A program made the translations under genes and the position numbers. The notes below the pieces were generated by a model that did no database searches, had not been told where the DNA came from, and was given only the letters and a program-made list of their open reading frames with translations. DNA of 64,000 bases from a virus: positions 1 through 64,000 of IMG/VR virus record IMGVR_UViG_3300045253_000023. One strand, given 5' to 3'. Below, in pieces: positions 39,675 through 48,459 of the stretch (the stretch's first letter is position 1; every line of letters starts with the position of its first letter).

Positions 39675-40511
39675 GTGAAAAAGAACAAAATTACAGTTGC
39701 TCTCGATGTGAAAGCATTGAACACAAATTACAAGGTCGAAAAGGAACTCAAGGAAGAGCTGCGCAAGATTTTGGGCGCAGAACTGACAGAGTCCGATGGC
39801 GACAAGGTTTCCGTCCTCTTTGAATCCGCAGTGAATGCAAAGTTGAACAAGCTGTTGCCAGCAGTGGCAAAGCAGTTCAACACACAAGTTGCAGCACGTG
39901 TGGTTGAAATCAAGGAAGAACTCACAGACAACATTTCTGACTATCTGTCATATGTCGTTGAGCAGTGGTTTGATGAAAACAAGCAAGCCATCACCACAGG
40001 CCTCAAGGCAGCACGCGACAATACTCTGATTGAAGAACTTCAGAAGGTGTTCGCAACCCATCTGGTTTCCGTTCCAAACAAGGGCGAGAACCTGGTTGAG
40101 AGCCTGGAAAAGAAGCTCAAGAAAGCAGAGCGTCAGTTGTCAGAATCACAAGACAACAACATTGCTCTCAAGAACCGCGTCGCTGGTCTCAAGTGCGAGC
40201 GCGTTTTTGAAGACTTGTCGGAAGGCCTCGCAGCAACCGAAGCAGAGAAGTTCATGACTCTGGTTGAGGACCTCGAAGTCAACGATCCAAAAGATTTTGA
40301 AACCAAGGCAAAGATCATCCGTGATGCCCACTTCCCAAAGGCCAAGACATTGGCTGAGTCGAAGGTGGACGCCAAAGCAGCAGCTGGCAAGGTGCTGACG
40401 GAATCCAAGCAGGTGGGTTCAAAGGCGGCATCAACTGCCAAGACCAATGATGGTAATGGAAATGTCATCGACATGTCCCGTGCTCTCAAGAAGTCGCGAT
40501 TTGCTTCTTAA
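39675..40511 (+). CDS. gp22: Prohead core scaffold protein gp22
   Basis: LFESAV, DYLSYVVEQW..EN..AI..GLK; coiled coil with many L/I-x-E gp21 sites; GTG start with AAGGA SD. Confidence 0.93.
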   Translation: MKKNKITVALDVKALNTNYKVEKELKEELRKILGAELTESDGDKVSVLFESAVNAKLNKLLPAVAKQFNTQVAARVVEIKEELTDNISDYLSYVVEQWFDENKQAITTGLKAARDNTLIEELQKVFATHLVSVPNKGENLVESLEKKLKKAERQLSESQDNNIALKNRVAGLKCERVFEDLSEGLAATEAEKFMTLVEDLEVNDPKDFETKAKIIRDAHFPKAKTLAESKVDAKAAAGKVLTESKQVGSKAASTAKTNDGNGNVIDMSRALKKSRFAS

Positions 40512-40542
40512 TTTTTAACCAACATTTCAAGGAAGAATACAA

Positions 40543-41766
40543 ATGAACATGAAAGTCGAACTCACAGAAGAGATCGTCGGCAAGTGGCATGATGTCATCG
40601 AGGCAGAAGGCGCTGTCGCGATCAAGGACCCAACGGTCAAGAAGAACCTCATCCGCACACTCGAAGTCTCCGAGCGTACCCTTCAGGAAGAAACCACAAC
40701 TGGCGCAGTCGCAAACTGGGACCCAGTACTTGTTTCCCTGATTCGTCGTACACAGCCATCACTGGTTGCCAACCAACTCGTCGGCGTTCAGCCAATGACT
40801 GGTCCAACTGGCCTGATCTTCATCATGCGCGCGTTCTATTTCAACTCTGTCACATCAACACAGACAGAAACTTGGAATCAGGTTGCTCCTGATCCAAACC
40901 AGTCCGGAAACGGTTCTGGCGTGTCGATGACCACATCTGCTGCTGAGCAGCTGGGTACTGCGTTGGTGACCAACACTGGTTCCAACCCACAGCCAGTTCT
41001 GCCAACCGCACCATGGACAGAAATGAACTTCTCCATCGAAAAGAGCTCAGTCACTGCTGGCTCCCGCGCGATGAAGGCAAAGTACACTCGTGAACTTGAG
41101 CAAGACCTGCGCAACATTCACGGCTTGGACGCTGAGCAAGAATTGTCCACGATCCTTTCCGCAGAAATCACTGCTGAAATCGACCGCGAAATTCTCGCCC
41201 TGATCTTGTCCCAGGCTGTCAATGCTGGCAACTTCGACCTCAACACCGACACAGACGGTCGTTGGGAAGTTGAAAAGTACAAGGCTCTCGTCGTCAAGAT
41301 CGAGAAGGAAGGCAACAAGGTTGCACGCGGTACACGTCGTGGCAAGGCCAACTTCATCATCACCTCGGCAAACGTCGCTGGTGCGTTGAACATGGCAGGC
41401 AAGATTGACGCGTTGACCAACTTCGGTTCGTTCGCACCAAACACAGTCGGAATGTCTTACGTCGGTGTCTTGGCTGGAACATACCAGGTGTATGTCGATC
41501 CATATGCTACCACAGACTATGTCGTGGTTGGATACAAGGGACCAAACGTGTATGATGCTGGTATCTTCTACAGCCCATACGTTCCTCTTGAGTTCCTCCG
41601 CGCAACTGGTCAGGATGACTTCCAGCCACGTATCGGTTTCAAGACACGTTATGGTATCATCGCCAACCCATTCGGTGCTTACACAGACCCATCCTCGAGC
41701 TCTGCTCCAGGATACCTGGGATCAGGCAACCAGTACTACCGTCTGTTCACAGTTTCCTCGATCTAA
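40543..41766 (+). CDS. gp23: Major capsid protein gp23
   Basis: DPVLVSLIRR..P, GVQPMTGPTGLIF, EMNFSIEK, QDLRNIHGLDAEQEL, DAGIFYSPYVPL, FQPRIGFKTRYG. Confidence 0.98.
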   Translation: MNMKVELTEEIVGKWHDVIEAEGAVAIKDPTVKKNLIRTLEVSERTLQEETTTGAVANWDPVLVSLIRRTQPSLVANQLVGVQPMTGPTGLIFIMRAFYFNSVTSTQTETWNQVAPDPNQSGNGSGVSMTTSAAEQLGTALVTNTGSNPQPVLPTAPWTEMNFSIEKSSVTAGSRAMKAKYTRELEQDLRNIHGLDAEQELSTILSAEITAEIDREILALILSQAVNAGNFDLNTDTDGRWEVEKYKALVVKIEKEGNKVARGTRRGKANFIITSANVAGALNMAGKIDALTNFGSFAPNTVGMSYVGVLAGTYQVYVDPYATTDYVVVGYKGPNVYDAGIFYSPYVPLEFLRATGQDDFQPRIGFKTRYGIIANPFGAYTDPSSSSAPGYLGSGNQYYRLFTVSSI

Positions 41767-41795
41767 TCATCGAGCAACTGAGTCACAAACACTTG

Positions 41796-41824
41796 GAAAC
41801 CCGCGCAAGCGGGTTTTCTTGTTT
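41796..41824 (+). terminator. Rho-independent terminator after gp23
   Basis: GAAACCCGC-GCAA-GCGGGTTTT followed by a T-rich tail. Confidence 0.9.
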
Positions 41825-41834
41825 CCGGAAACCG

Positions 41835-41842
41835 TATAAGTA
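41835..41842 (+). promoter_or_regulatory. Putative late promoter TATAAGTA
   Basis: One mismatch from T4 TATAAATA; immediately after the terminator. Confidence 0.7.
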
Positions 41843-41873
41843 GAGGCATGATTGAGCACTTGGATAACACATA

Positions 41874-42497
41874 ATGATTCCTGAGAATGTATTCAACGAT
41901 ACCACCATCTGGCACGATGACAATCCACATCGTTCTTTGATTGTTGTAGACAACTTCTATCGACATCCAGATGCGGTGCGTGAACTTGCGTTGAGGCAAG
42001 ATTATGTGGAAGACCTTCGATATTACAAAGGTCTGCGTACAAGAGAACAGTTCTTGTTCCCTCGCGTCAGGGAAACTTTTCAAGACCTTCTACAGTCCAA
42101 CATAACTGATTGGACAGATCAATCATTCAATGGTGTCTTTCAACAAACCAATTGCAATGATCCATTGGTATATCACTCTGATCTTCAGAGCTATGCCGCA
42201 GCCATCTATCTGAATCCTGCGTACCACCTTGAAGGTGGCACATCATTTTGGGCTCATACTCTGACTGGTCAAATGGACAGCAGAACAGACGATCCAGACA
42301 ACACCATATTCACCGCTGAATCTGTGCTTGACTCCAAACAATGGAGACTCGTTGACAAGGTGGCCCCAGTATACAACAGATTGGTGATTTGGGATGCGAA
42401 GCGTATTCATTCTGCTTCCTCATATCAAGCATCCACGAAATATGATCCTCGATTGGTGCAGTTGTTCTTCTTCAACACTTTCGACACCAAGTCTTAA
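41874..42497 (+). CDS. 2OG-Fe(II) oxygenase-like protein (DUF6445-like)
   Basis: IVVDNFYRHPDAVRELAL, HSD (HxD), AAIYLNP, GGTSFW, YNRLVIWD...HSAS, RLVQLFFFN. Confidence 0.8.
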   Translation: MIPENVFNDTTIWHDDNPHRSLIVVDNFYRHPDAVRELALRQDYVEDLRYYKGLRTREQFLFPRVRETFQDLLQSNITDWTDQSFNGVFQQTNCNDPLVYHSDLQSYAAAIYLNPAYHLEGGTSFWAHTLTGQMDSRTDDPDNTIFTAESVLDSKQWRLVDKVAPVYNRLVIWDAKRIHSASSYQASTKYDPRLVQLFFFNTFDTKS

Positions 42498-42520
42498 CCC
42501 AATTTTAACCTTTCTTGACG

Positions 42521-42528
42521 TATAAGTA
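42521..42528 (+). promoter_or_regulatory. Putative late promoter TATAAGTA
   Basis: Intergenic motif copy 35 nt before 42563. Confidence 0.7.
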
Positions 42529-42562
42529 CAGTGTGCTGACACATCAAGAGACATGAAGAGAG

Positions 42563-43099
42563 ATGATTTGTATGATACTCAACAACAGAATATTTCGGAT
42601 TCTCCGAGAGATCAAAGAGGATATCGCACAGGTCATTTGTCTTCTGAAGAAGCTCGTCAGGAATCACGTCCCAGCTCCAACAGCCCTGTATGAGCTGAGA
42701 TTTTCAGTCCCTTCCATCCATCAAATGTTTTTCCAAGGAGTTACACTCATGAATCTTACCACAGAACAGAAAGTCTCTGTAACCGTTACTGGCGCCAAGA
42801 CAGCTCTGGGCAATCCAGCTCAGATTTTTGGTGCGGCAACATTTACTTCCGACACCCCAAGCGTTGCAACAGTTTCCCCAAATGCTGATGGCCTTTCGGC
42901 TGAAGTGTTTGCGGTTGGCGTTGGTGCAGCTCAGATCAATGTTTCTTTTGAAGGCGATCCAACCCCAGGCGTTGACACAGTTCATCTGTCAGGCGCTGTG
43001 AACGTTGTCGCAGCAGAAGCAGCAGTTGGTGAACTGACATTCGGTACACCAGAACTGAATACACCACCAGCTCCAGCACCAGTTCTCGGCGCAGGCTAA
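42563..43099 (+). CDS. Ig-like (Big_2-type) domain protein; strong internal start at 42749
   Basis: FTSDTPSVATV...AVGVGAAQINVS Ig group-2 pattern; AAGGAG SD before the in-frame ATG at 42749. Confidence 0.7.
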   Translation: MICMILNNRIFRILREIKEDIAQVICLLKKLVRNHVPAPTALYELRFSVPSIHQMFFQGVTLMNLTTEQKVSVTVTGAKTALGNPAQIFGAATFTSDTPSVATVSPNADGLSAEVFAVGVGAAQINVSFEGDPTPGVDTVHLSGAVNVVAAEAAVGELTFGTPELNTPPAPAPVLGAG

Positions 43100-43125
43100 G
43101 AACCACTGTAGCACGCAACATTCGC

Positions 43126-43156
43126 AAAAGACCCCAGCAATGGGGTCTTTTTCTTT
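43126..43156 (+). terminator. Rho-independent terminator
   Basis: AAAAGACCCCA-GCAA-TGGGGTCTTTT followed by TCTTT. Confidence 0.9.
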
Positions 43157-43170
43157 GTGGGATTGTGGCC

Positions 43171-43177
43171 CTAAGTA
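43171..43177 (+). promoter_or_regulatory. Putative late promoter CTAAGTA (gp3)
   Basis: Motif copy between the terminator and gp3. Confidence 0.7.
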
Positions 43178-43210
43178 CATTCATGTTTACCAGACACGTG
43201 CTCTAACATC

Positions 43211-43744
43211 ATGGCAAATCAAGCAAACAGCGGCCAAATTGACTACACCTATGCCAATGAAAACAACTTCAGGGTCATCATCAACAAGATGCCCAAGGTG
43301 TCGTTCTTCGCACTGAACACCTTCCTGCCAGAAGTTTCTTCTCCAGGAGCAGGGGTCGCGTTCCCAACCCAAGACATCAATATCCCTGATGACAAGCTCA
43401 TCTGGGCTCCGCTTGATGTTGGGTTTGTGGTTGATGAGGGCTGGTTCAACTATGAAGAAGTGTTTCGTTGGATGGAAGCAACTGTCATGCCGCGTAACAC
43501 AGAAGCATCATACATTCAATACAGCGATGCCCTGATCATGATTCTGGACAATCTGAAGAGTCCAGTGCTCAATGTCAAATTCGCATCGTGTTTCCCTGTG
43601 ACTCTATCACAGGTTGCTGTCAAGACGACAGACTCCACCACATTGTTCGGAAGTGTGTCTCTCAGATATTCATACTACACGATCGATCGTGTTTCTGAAC
43701 TCACTCCGCCAATAGGCGATCCTCCTCCGATCCTGACACTCTAG
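43211..43744 (+). CDS. gp3: Tail tube terminator/tail completion protein gp3
   Basis: FRVIINKMPKVSFF....LPEVS, FVVDE...NYEEVFRWM, YSDALIMIL, F..CFPVTLS; gp23-gp3-uvsY synteny. Confidence 0.88.
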   Translation: MANQANSGQIDYTYANENNFRVIINKMPKVSFFALNTFLPEVSSPGAGVAFPTQDINIPDDKLIWAPLDVGFVVDEGWFNYEEVFRWMEATVMPRNTEASYIQYSDALIMILDNLKSPVLNVKFASCFPVTLSQVAVKTTDSTTLFGSVSLRYSYYTIDRVSELTPPIGDPPPILTL

Positions 43745-43830
43745 AATGCCGAGAGTGCTTGTCTGAGAAGGTTTCTCATAACCTTCCTTGCCAACATCAC
43801 TGAGATGCTCTCTCGTGCGGAGATTTGCGC

Positions 43831-43860
43831 TTGACTTTTAACCCAGTTTCATCATATAAT
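43831..43860 (+). promoter_or_regulatory. Sigma70-like promoter (uvsY)
   Basis: TTGACT-N18-TATAAT. Confidence 0.75.
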
Positions 43861-43894
43861 AGTCAATCTGACATTGAATTCAACAAGGTTTATT

Positions 43895-44317
43895 ATGACC
43901 AAACAGACAGTCGCCCCACAATCTCTTGATGCACTGATGGAAGAAGCCAAGGCTGATCTGGCTTTCGACATGACCACCGCAGAACATGTTTCTGTTAAGG
44001 TGCCTTTCCTCACAGAGAAATATGCCAGGAAGCTGGTGTTTGCCAAAGCATCTCTGCGCAAAGCTGAGATGGACATGAATGAAGTGTATGCGGAACGACT
44101 GCAGCACTACATAACATCCCACAATATCCGCATCGACAGACGCGATCTCGACACATATGTCAAGGGCGACAAGGAATACAATCAAGCAGTCGCGCGCATG
44201 GAGACAAAGAAACTTGAGGTGGAATATCTTCAAGCTATCATGAGCGCACTTGACAAGTTGAGCTGGAATGTGGGTAACGCCATCAAACTGTGGATTTGGA
44301 AACAAGGTGGCAGATGA
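43895..44317 (+). CDS. uvsY: Recombination mediator UvsY
   Basis: S.KVP.L..KY, DLDTYVKGD, EYLQ.IM..L....WNVGNAI..W..KQG; upstream of uvsW. Confidence 0.88.
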   Translation: MTKQTVAPQSLDALMEEAKADLAFDMTTAEHVSVKVPFLTEKYARKLVFAKASLRKAEMDMNEVYAERLQHYITSHNIRIDRRDLDTYVKGDKEYNQAVARMETKKLEVEYLQAIMSALDKLSWNVGNAIKLWIWKQGGR

Positions 44318-44384
44318 AATTCTGTTATCGCGGCCCAGATAATTAACTGGGCCCAGATAGCAATCATGACTATAGGATACACAA

Positions 44385-45893
44385 GTGAGTGATGTAACCA
44401 TCCAAAAACTGAATGACACTTTCCTGCTGGTCGACGCTGACATGTCGATTGCGGCAGAGATAAGTGATTTCTTCACATTCGAACCACCGAATGCCTTTTG
44501 GATGCGCAAGAAGCGCCCAATGTGGGATGGCAAGATTCGCCTCTACCACATGGACAAACGATTACTGTATGTCGGCCTGCTGACCCATCTTTTGGAGTTC
44601 TGCGACAAGTGGGGCTACAGTGTTGAACTAGACCAATCTCTCGTGCCAGAGATTGCCTCGGTGGATGACATTGAGGCGTTCATTGACAATCTGGACGTGC
44701 GCAACGAGGATGGTGACGAGATTGCTTGCTATGACCATCAGGCTGAGGCTGTTCAGCAGTGCATCCGCTTCGGCCGTCGAACCATTGTCTCCCCAACAGC
44801 ATCAGGCAAGAGCCTGATCATCTATATTTTGCTGCGCTGGTATGAAGCCAAGTTGCGTGCAGAAAACAAGAAAACACTCATTGTCGTGCCAACCATTGGA
44901 CTTGTTTCTCAGATGGCATCTGATATCTGGGATTACAGCAGTCAAGATGCAGAATTCGATGCTGAATATGATATCCTCAAGATTGCTGAAGGCTCTGACA
45001 AAAACTCAGAAACAGCTTGTGTCTATATCAGCACCTGGCAGTCCATCTATCAGGAATCACCTGAATACTTTGAACAATTTGGCATGATCATTGCAGATGA
45101 ATGCCATCAATACAAGGCGGATGCCATCAAAGGCATTCTTGAGAAGAGCATCAACACGCCATTGCGTTTTGGTCTCACTGGCACGCTGACTGCTGATGGA
45201 TCCAAATGCAACAAGCTCATCATCCAGGGATTGTTTGGTCCACAGATCAAGATTGCTTCAACGCGCGAGCTCATGGACAAGGGTATCATTGCTGGTATTG
45301 ACATCAACATCATCAACACGTACTACTCAGAAGAAACAGCTGAGTTTGCACGCCACATGGACTATCACCAAGAGATTGACTTCATCACCAAGAGTCAATC
45401 GCGCAATGAGTTTCTGACGAGAATTGTTTCCGCAGAAAAGAAGAACACGTTGCTGTTGTTCCTCAAGCAAGATCATGGTGAGAGGCTTTTTGAGATGGTG
45501 GTTGATGCCAATCCTGGTCGCCCAATCTATTTGATCTATGGCAAGCATCCTGCTGATGAGCGCGAAGAAGTCAGACGCCTGATGGAGACCCATACTGACG
45601 CAATTGCCATTTGTTCATTTGGAACGTTCTCAACAGGCGTCAATATCAAGAATATCCACACTGTCATCTTTGCCAGCCCATCCAAGAGCGCAATCCGCGT
45701 GTTGCAGTCTATTGGTCGTGGTCTACGAAAGCTGGCTGGCAAGACAGTGCTCAAACTGATTGATATCGTGGACATATTCCAAATTGGTAATCGCAGACCA
45801 AACAACTACTGCGTCCAACACTCTGTCGAGCGCATGAAGCTATATGCAGCTGAGGAGTTCGACTATAAATTGATTGATGTGGAGATAGAATAA
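44385..45893 (+). CDS. uvsW: SF2 DNA helicase UvsW
   Basis: WDGKIRL, SPTASGKSLIIY, ISTWQSIY, DECH, FGLTGTL, GTFSTGVNIKN, VLQSIGRGLRK. Confidence 0.97.
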   Translation: MSDVTIQKLNDTFLLVDADMSIAAEISDFFTFEPPNAFWMRKKRPMWDGKIRLYHMDKRLLYVGLLTHLLEFCDKWGYSVELDQSLVPEIASVDDIEAFIDNLDVRNEDGDEIACYDHQAEAVQQCIRFGRRTIVSPTASGKSLIIYILLRWYEAKLRAENKKTLIVVPTIGLVSQMASDIWDYSSQDAEFDAEYDILKIAEGSDKNSETACVYISTWQSIYQESPEYFEQFGMIIADECHQYKADAIKGILEKSINTPLRFGLTGTLTADGSKCNKLIIQGLFGPQIKIASTRELMDKGIIAGIDINIINTYYSEETAEFARHMDYHQEIDFITKSQSRNEFLTRIVSAEKKNTLLLFLKQDHGERLFEMVVDANPGRPIYLIYGKHPADEREEVRRLMETHTDAIAICSFGTFSTGVNIKNIHTVIFASPSKSAIRVLQSIGRGLRKLAGKTVLKLIDIVDIFQIGNRRPNNYCVQHSVERMKLYAAEEFDYKLIDVEIE

Positions 45894-45894
45894 C

Positions 45895-46377
45895 ATGGCC
45901 ACCAAAAAGAAAGCACCAGTGAAAACCAAGAAGCCAGTCACTCGCGGCACAACTGTCGCAAAATCAGTGAAGGCTGTCGCCAAGAAACTTTTGGACAAGC
46001 GCATCAATGGCCCCAATCGAAACACCAAGGTGTTTGCATTGCAAAGTGGGTTTGAATTGATTGGAACAATCGTCCATTCGGATGCCGAGAGCGTGTATCT
46101 ACATCGCCCTGGTGCTATTTTGAGAATGAATCAGTCGTTGGAAGGTGGCGGGATTCAGCAGATTTACTTCTTGATTCCCTCATATGCATTTGCAGTGAAT
46201 GATATGATTCAGGTGATCAAGTCCAGCATCGCAATCGTTTGCATTCCTGATGAGTACATGATGAAGACGTATGATGCCTTCATCGCGGGAGAGTATGATG
46301 CGATGATAGAGAAACCAACGAAAGAGAAGAAGTCAACCAAGAAGGTTGTTGATGGACAGAAGCTGAGTGATCTCTAG
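45895..46377 (+). CDS. Hypothetical protein (Sm-like fold candidate) with Lys-rich N-tail
   Basis: KVFALQSGFELIG pattern of the gene usually found between uvsW and gp55 in cyanomyovirus-type genomes. Confidence 0.7.
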   Translation: MATKKKAPVKTKKPVTRGTTVAKSVKAVAKKLLDKRINGPNRNTKVFALQSGFELIGTIVHSDAESVYLHRPGAILRMNQSLEGGGIQQIYFLIPSYAFAVNDMIQVIKSSIAIVCIPDEYMMKTYDAFIAGEYDAMIEKPTKEKKSTKKVVDGQKLSDL

Positions 46378-46632
46378 TTCTGTCGAATCAAGAAGTTAAT
46401 TGAAAATTGCGATACCACTATATGGGTCACCCTTCGGGTGACGCTACGCTAACCCCATTAGATCAAAAACAATCATATCATTTTCTTCTTCAGGTGTCAT
46501 CTCTTAAGTATACGAGCCGAACTTGAAAATCGACCTCAAAATGAGCATGAAATTTTAACCAATTGATTCGTTGCAAAATATACTTTCTGGTATCGAAAAG
46601 TTGTTAAGCTCTCGTTTACAAATGGTTGTCCC

Positions 46633-46661
46633 TTGACTTTGTAGACCATATCATCTATGAT
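46633..46661 (+). promoter_or_regulatory. Sigma70-like promoter (gp55 operon)
   Basis: TTGACT-N17-TATGAT. Confidence 0.8.
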
Positions 46662-46694
46662 AGAGCAATACACCACTCCTATTGAGGATATTTC

Positions 46695-47402
46695 ATGATT
46701 CGATCAAAGACTGCCAAGAAGCCAGCTCCTGCTAAGAAAAAGGCTTCATTCGCGAAGAAGGCACCTGTCAAGAAGATCGCAGCAACAAAGAAAGCTGCTC
46801 CAGTGAAGAAACAACCAACTCTGTTGAAGAGAGCACTGGGTCTGGATGTTACAATGGGCGTCGAGAAACCTGCCGTTTCTGCCACAAACAAGAACCACTA
46901 CGTTAACAACGTTGAATTCTATCAAGAGATGATTCAGTTCCGCATTGACAATGCGGATCGCATAAAACAGGGACTTCGTCCCAACATCTCAAACTCCATC
47001 GGCAAGAAAATTCTTGAAATCTGCACCAGGTTGTCATTCAAGTTCAACTTCATCAAGTACTCCTTCCGCGAAGACATGATCTCTGATGCAATCCAGAATT
47101 GCATCAACTACATCTGGAATTTCAACCCTGAGAAGGGTAAGAATCCATTCTCATATTTCACCTTGATTGCATACCGCGCATTTGTGCGTCGTATTCAACG
47201 AGAGAAGAAGATCATGGCTGATCGTCAGAAGTACATGAACCAAATCCTGATTGAGCTGGAAACAGAAAGCAACGGATTGTCGGATGAAGAGAAGTCCATT
47301 GCCAAAGAGATTGAAGCATCCATCTTTGGTGATCGTCATGCGGTTGCGAAGGACCCAGGCTATGACATGGAGTTCAACAGTCAGGATGGCGCATATGACT
47401 GA
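46695..47402 (+). CDS. gp55: Late-transcription sigma factor gp55
   Basis: HYVNNVEFY, NFIKYSFREDMISDAIQNC..Y..NFNPEK..NPFSYFT.I.Y.AFVRRIQREKK. Confidence 0.96.
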   Translation: MIRSKTAKKPAPAKKKASFAKKAPVKKIAATKKAAPVKKQPTLLKRALGLDVTMGVEKPAVSATNKNHYVNNVEFYQEMIQFRIDNADRIKQGLRPNISNSIGKKILEICTRLSFKFNFIKYSFREDMISDAIQNCINYIWNFNPEKGKNPFSYFTLIAYRAFVRRIQREKKIMADRQKYMNQILIELETESNGLSDEEKSIAKEIEASIFGDRHAVAKDPGYDMEFNSQDGAYD

Positions 47403-48459
47403 CAAGAAGTTTGCTATTCTGGGCGACACCCATTTTGGTGCTCGTTCAGATTCCCTGACGCACATGTCATACATGGCGAAGTTCTATGATGAGGTGTTCT
47501 TTCCTCGACTCGAGAAAGACGGCATCAAGAAAATCTTCCAGCTGGGTGACTTCCTTGATCGTCGCAAGTTTGTCAACTTCAACACGCTGAATCAGACAAA
47601 GGAAATCTTCCTTGATCGCGCTGAGGCTGCTGGATGTGAGGTCTACATTCTGGTTGGCAATCACGACATCTACTGGCGCGACACCATCAAGCTGAACTCC
47701 ATTTCACAGTTGTACAAGTCATACAGCAACGTTCATTGCGTTGATGAACCTATGACTGTGACTGTTGGAAAGGATTTGGAGATAGACATCATCCCATGGA
47801 TATGCAAAGAGAATGAAGCTGACATCATGTCCTTCATTGAGCACACATCCTCTTCCATCCTGATGGGTCATCTTGAGTTGTCTGGCTTCCCAATGTACAA
47901 GGGAATCACCTCAGAGCATGGCATGGGTTCAGGCCCATTCGCAAAGTATGACCAGGTGTTCACTGGGCACTATCACACCCACAGCGTCAAAGACAACATT
48001 GAGTATCTCGGTACACCATATGAGATCACTTGGTCTGATTGTAATGACAGCAAAGGGTTTGGCATCTATGATGTGAAGTTGCGCGCAATGGAGTTTGTCT
48101 ACAATCCATTCCGTATCTTCCACAAGATCGTGTATAATGACAGCCAACACAACTACAAGAAGTTTGATTTTGCTGCTGTCAAGAACTCATACATCAAGAT
48201 ATTCATTGAGCACCGCAAGAGTGAAGAGGACTTTGACAAGTTCCTTGAGACACTCTACAACAAGTCGGAGCCACTTGATGTCACTATCACTGATCTCACC
48301 TCATCATACACTGATTCAGAATTGGATTCAATCCAAAGTCAAGACCCACTGAGCGTTTTGATTCAATCTGTTTCCGATGATGTGAAAGACGCAAAGGACA
48401 TCCGAATGCTTATCCAGGAAATTCATGCGCAGGTGTTACAAGACGGAGCAAGTGAATGA
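47395..48459 (+). CDS. gp47: Recombination nuclease subunit gp47 (Mre11/SbcD-like)
   Basis: GDTHFGAR, LGDFLDRRK, VGNHD, GHLE, GHYH; start reassigned to ATG 47395. Confidence 0.96.
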   Translation: MTDKKFAILGDTHFGARSDSLTHMSYMAKFYDEVFFPRLEKDGIKKIFQLGDFLDRRKFVNFNTLNQTKEIFLDRAEAAGCEVYILVGNHDIYWRDTIKLNSISQLYKSYSNVHCVDEPMTVTVGKDLEIDIIPWICKENEADIMSFIEHTSSSILMGHLELSGFPMYKGITSEHGMGSGPFAKYDQVFTGHYHTHSVKDNIEYLGTPYEITWSDCNDSKGFGIYDVKLRAMEFVYNPFRIFHKIVYNDSQHNYKKFDFAAVKNSYIKIFIEHRKSEEDFDKFLETLYNKSEPLDVTITDLTSSYTDSELDSIQSQDPLSVLIQSVSDDVKDAKDIRMLIQEIHAQVLQDGASE

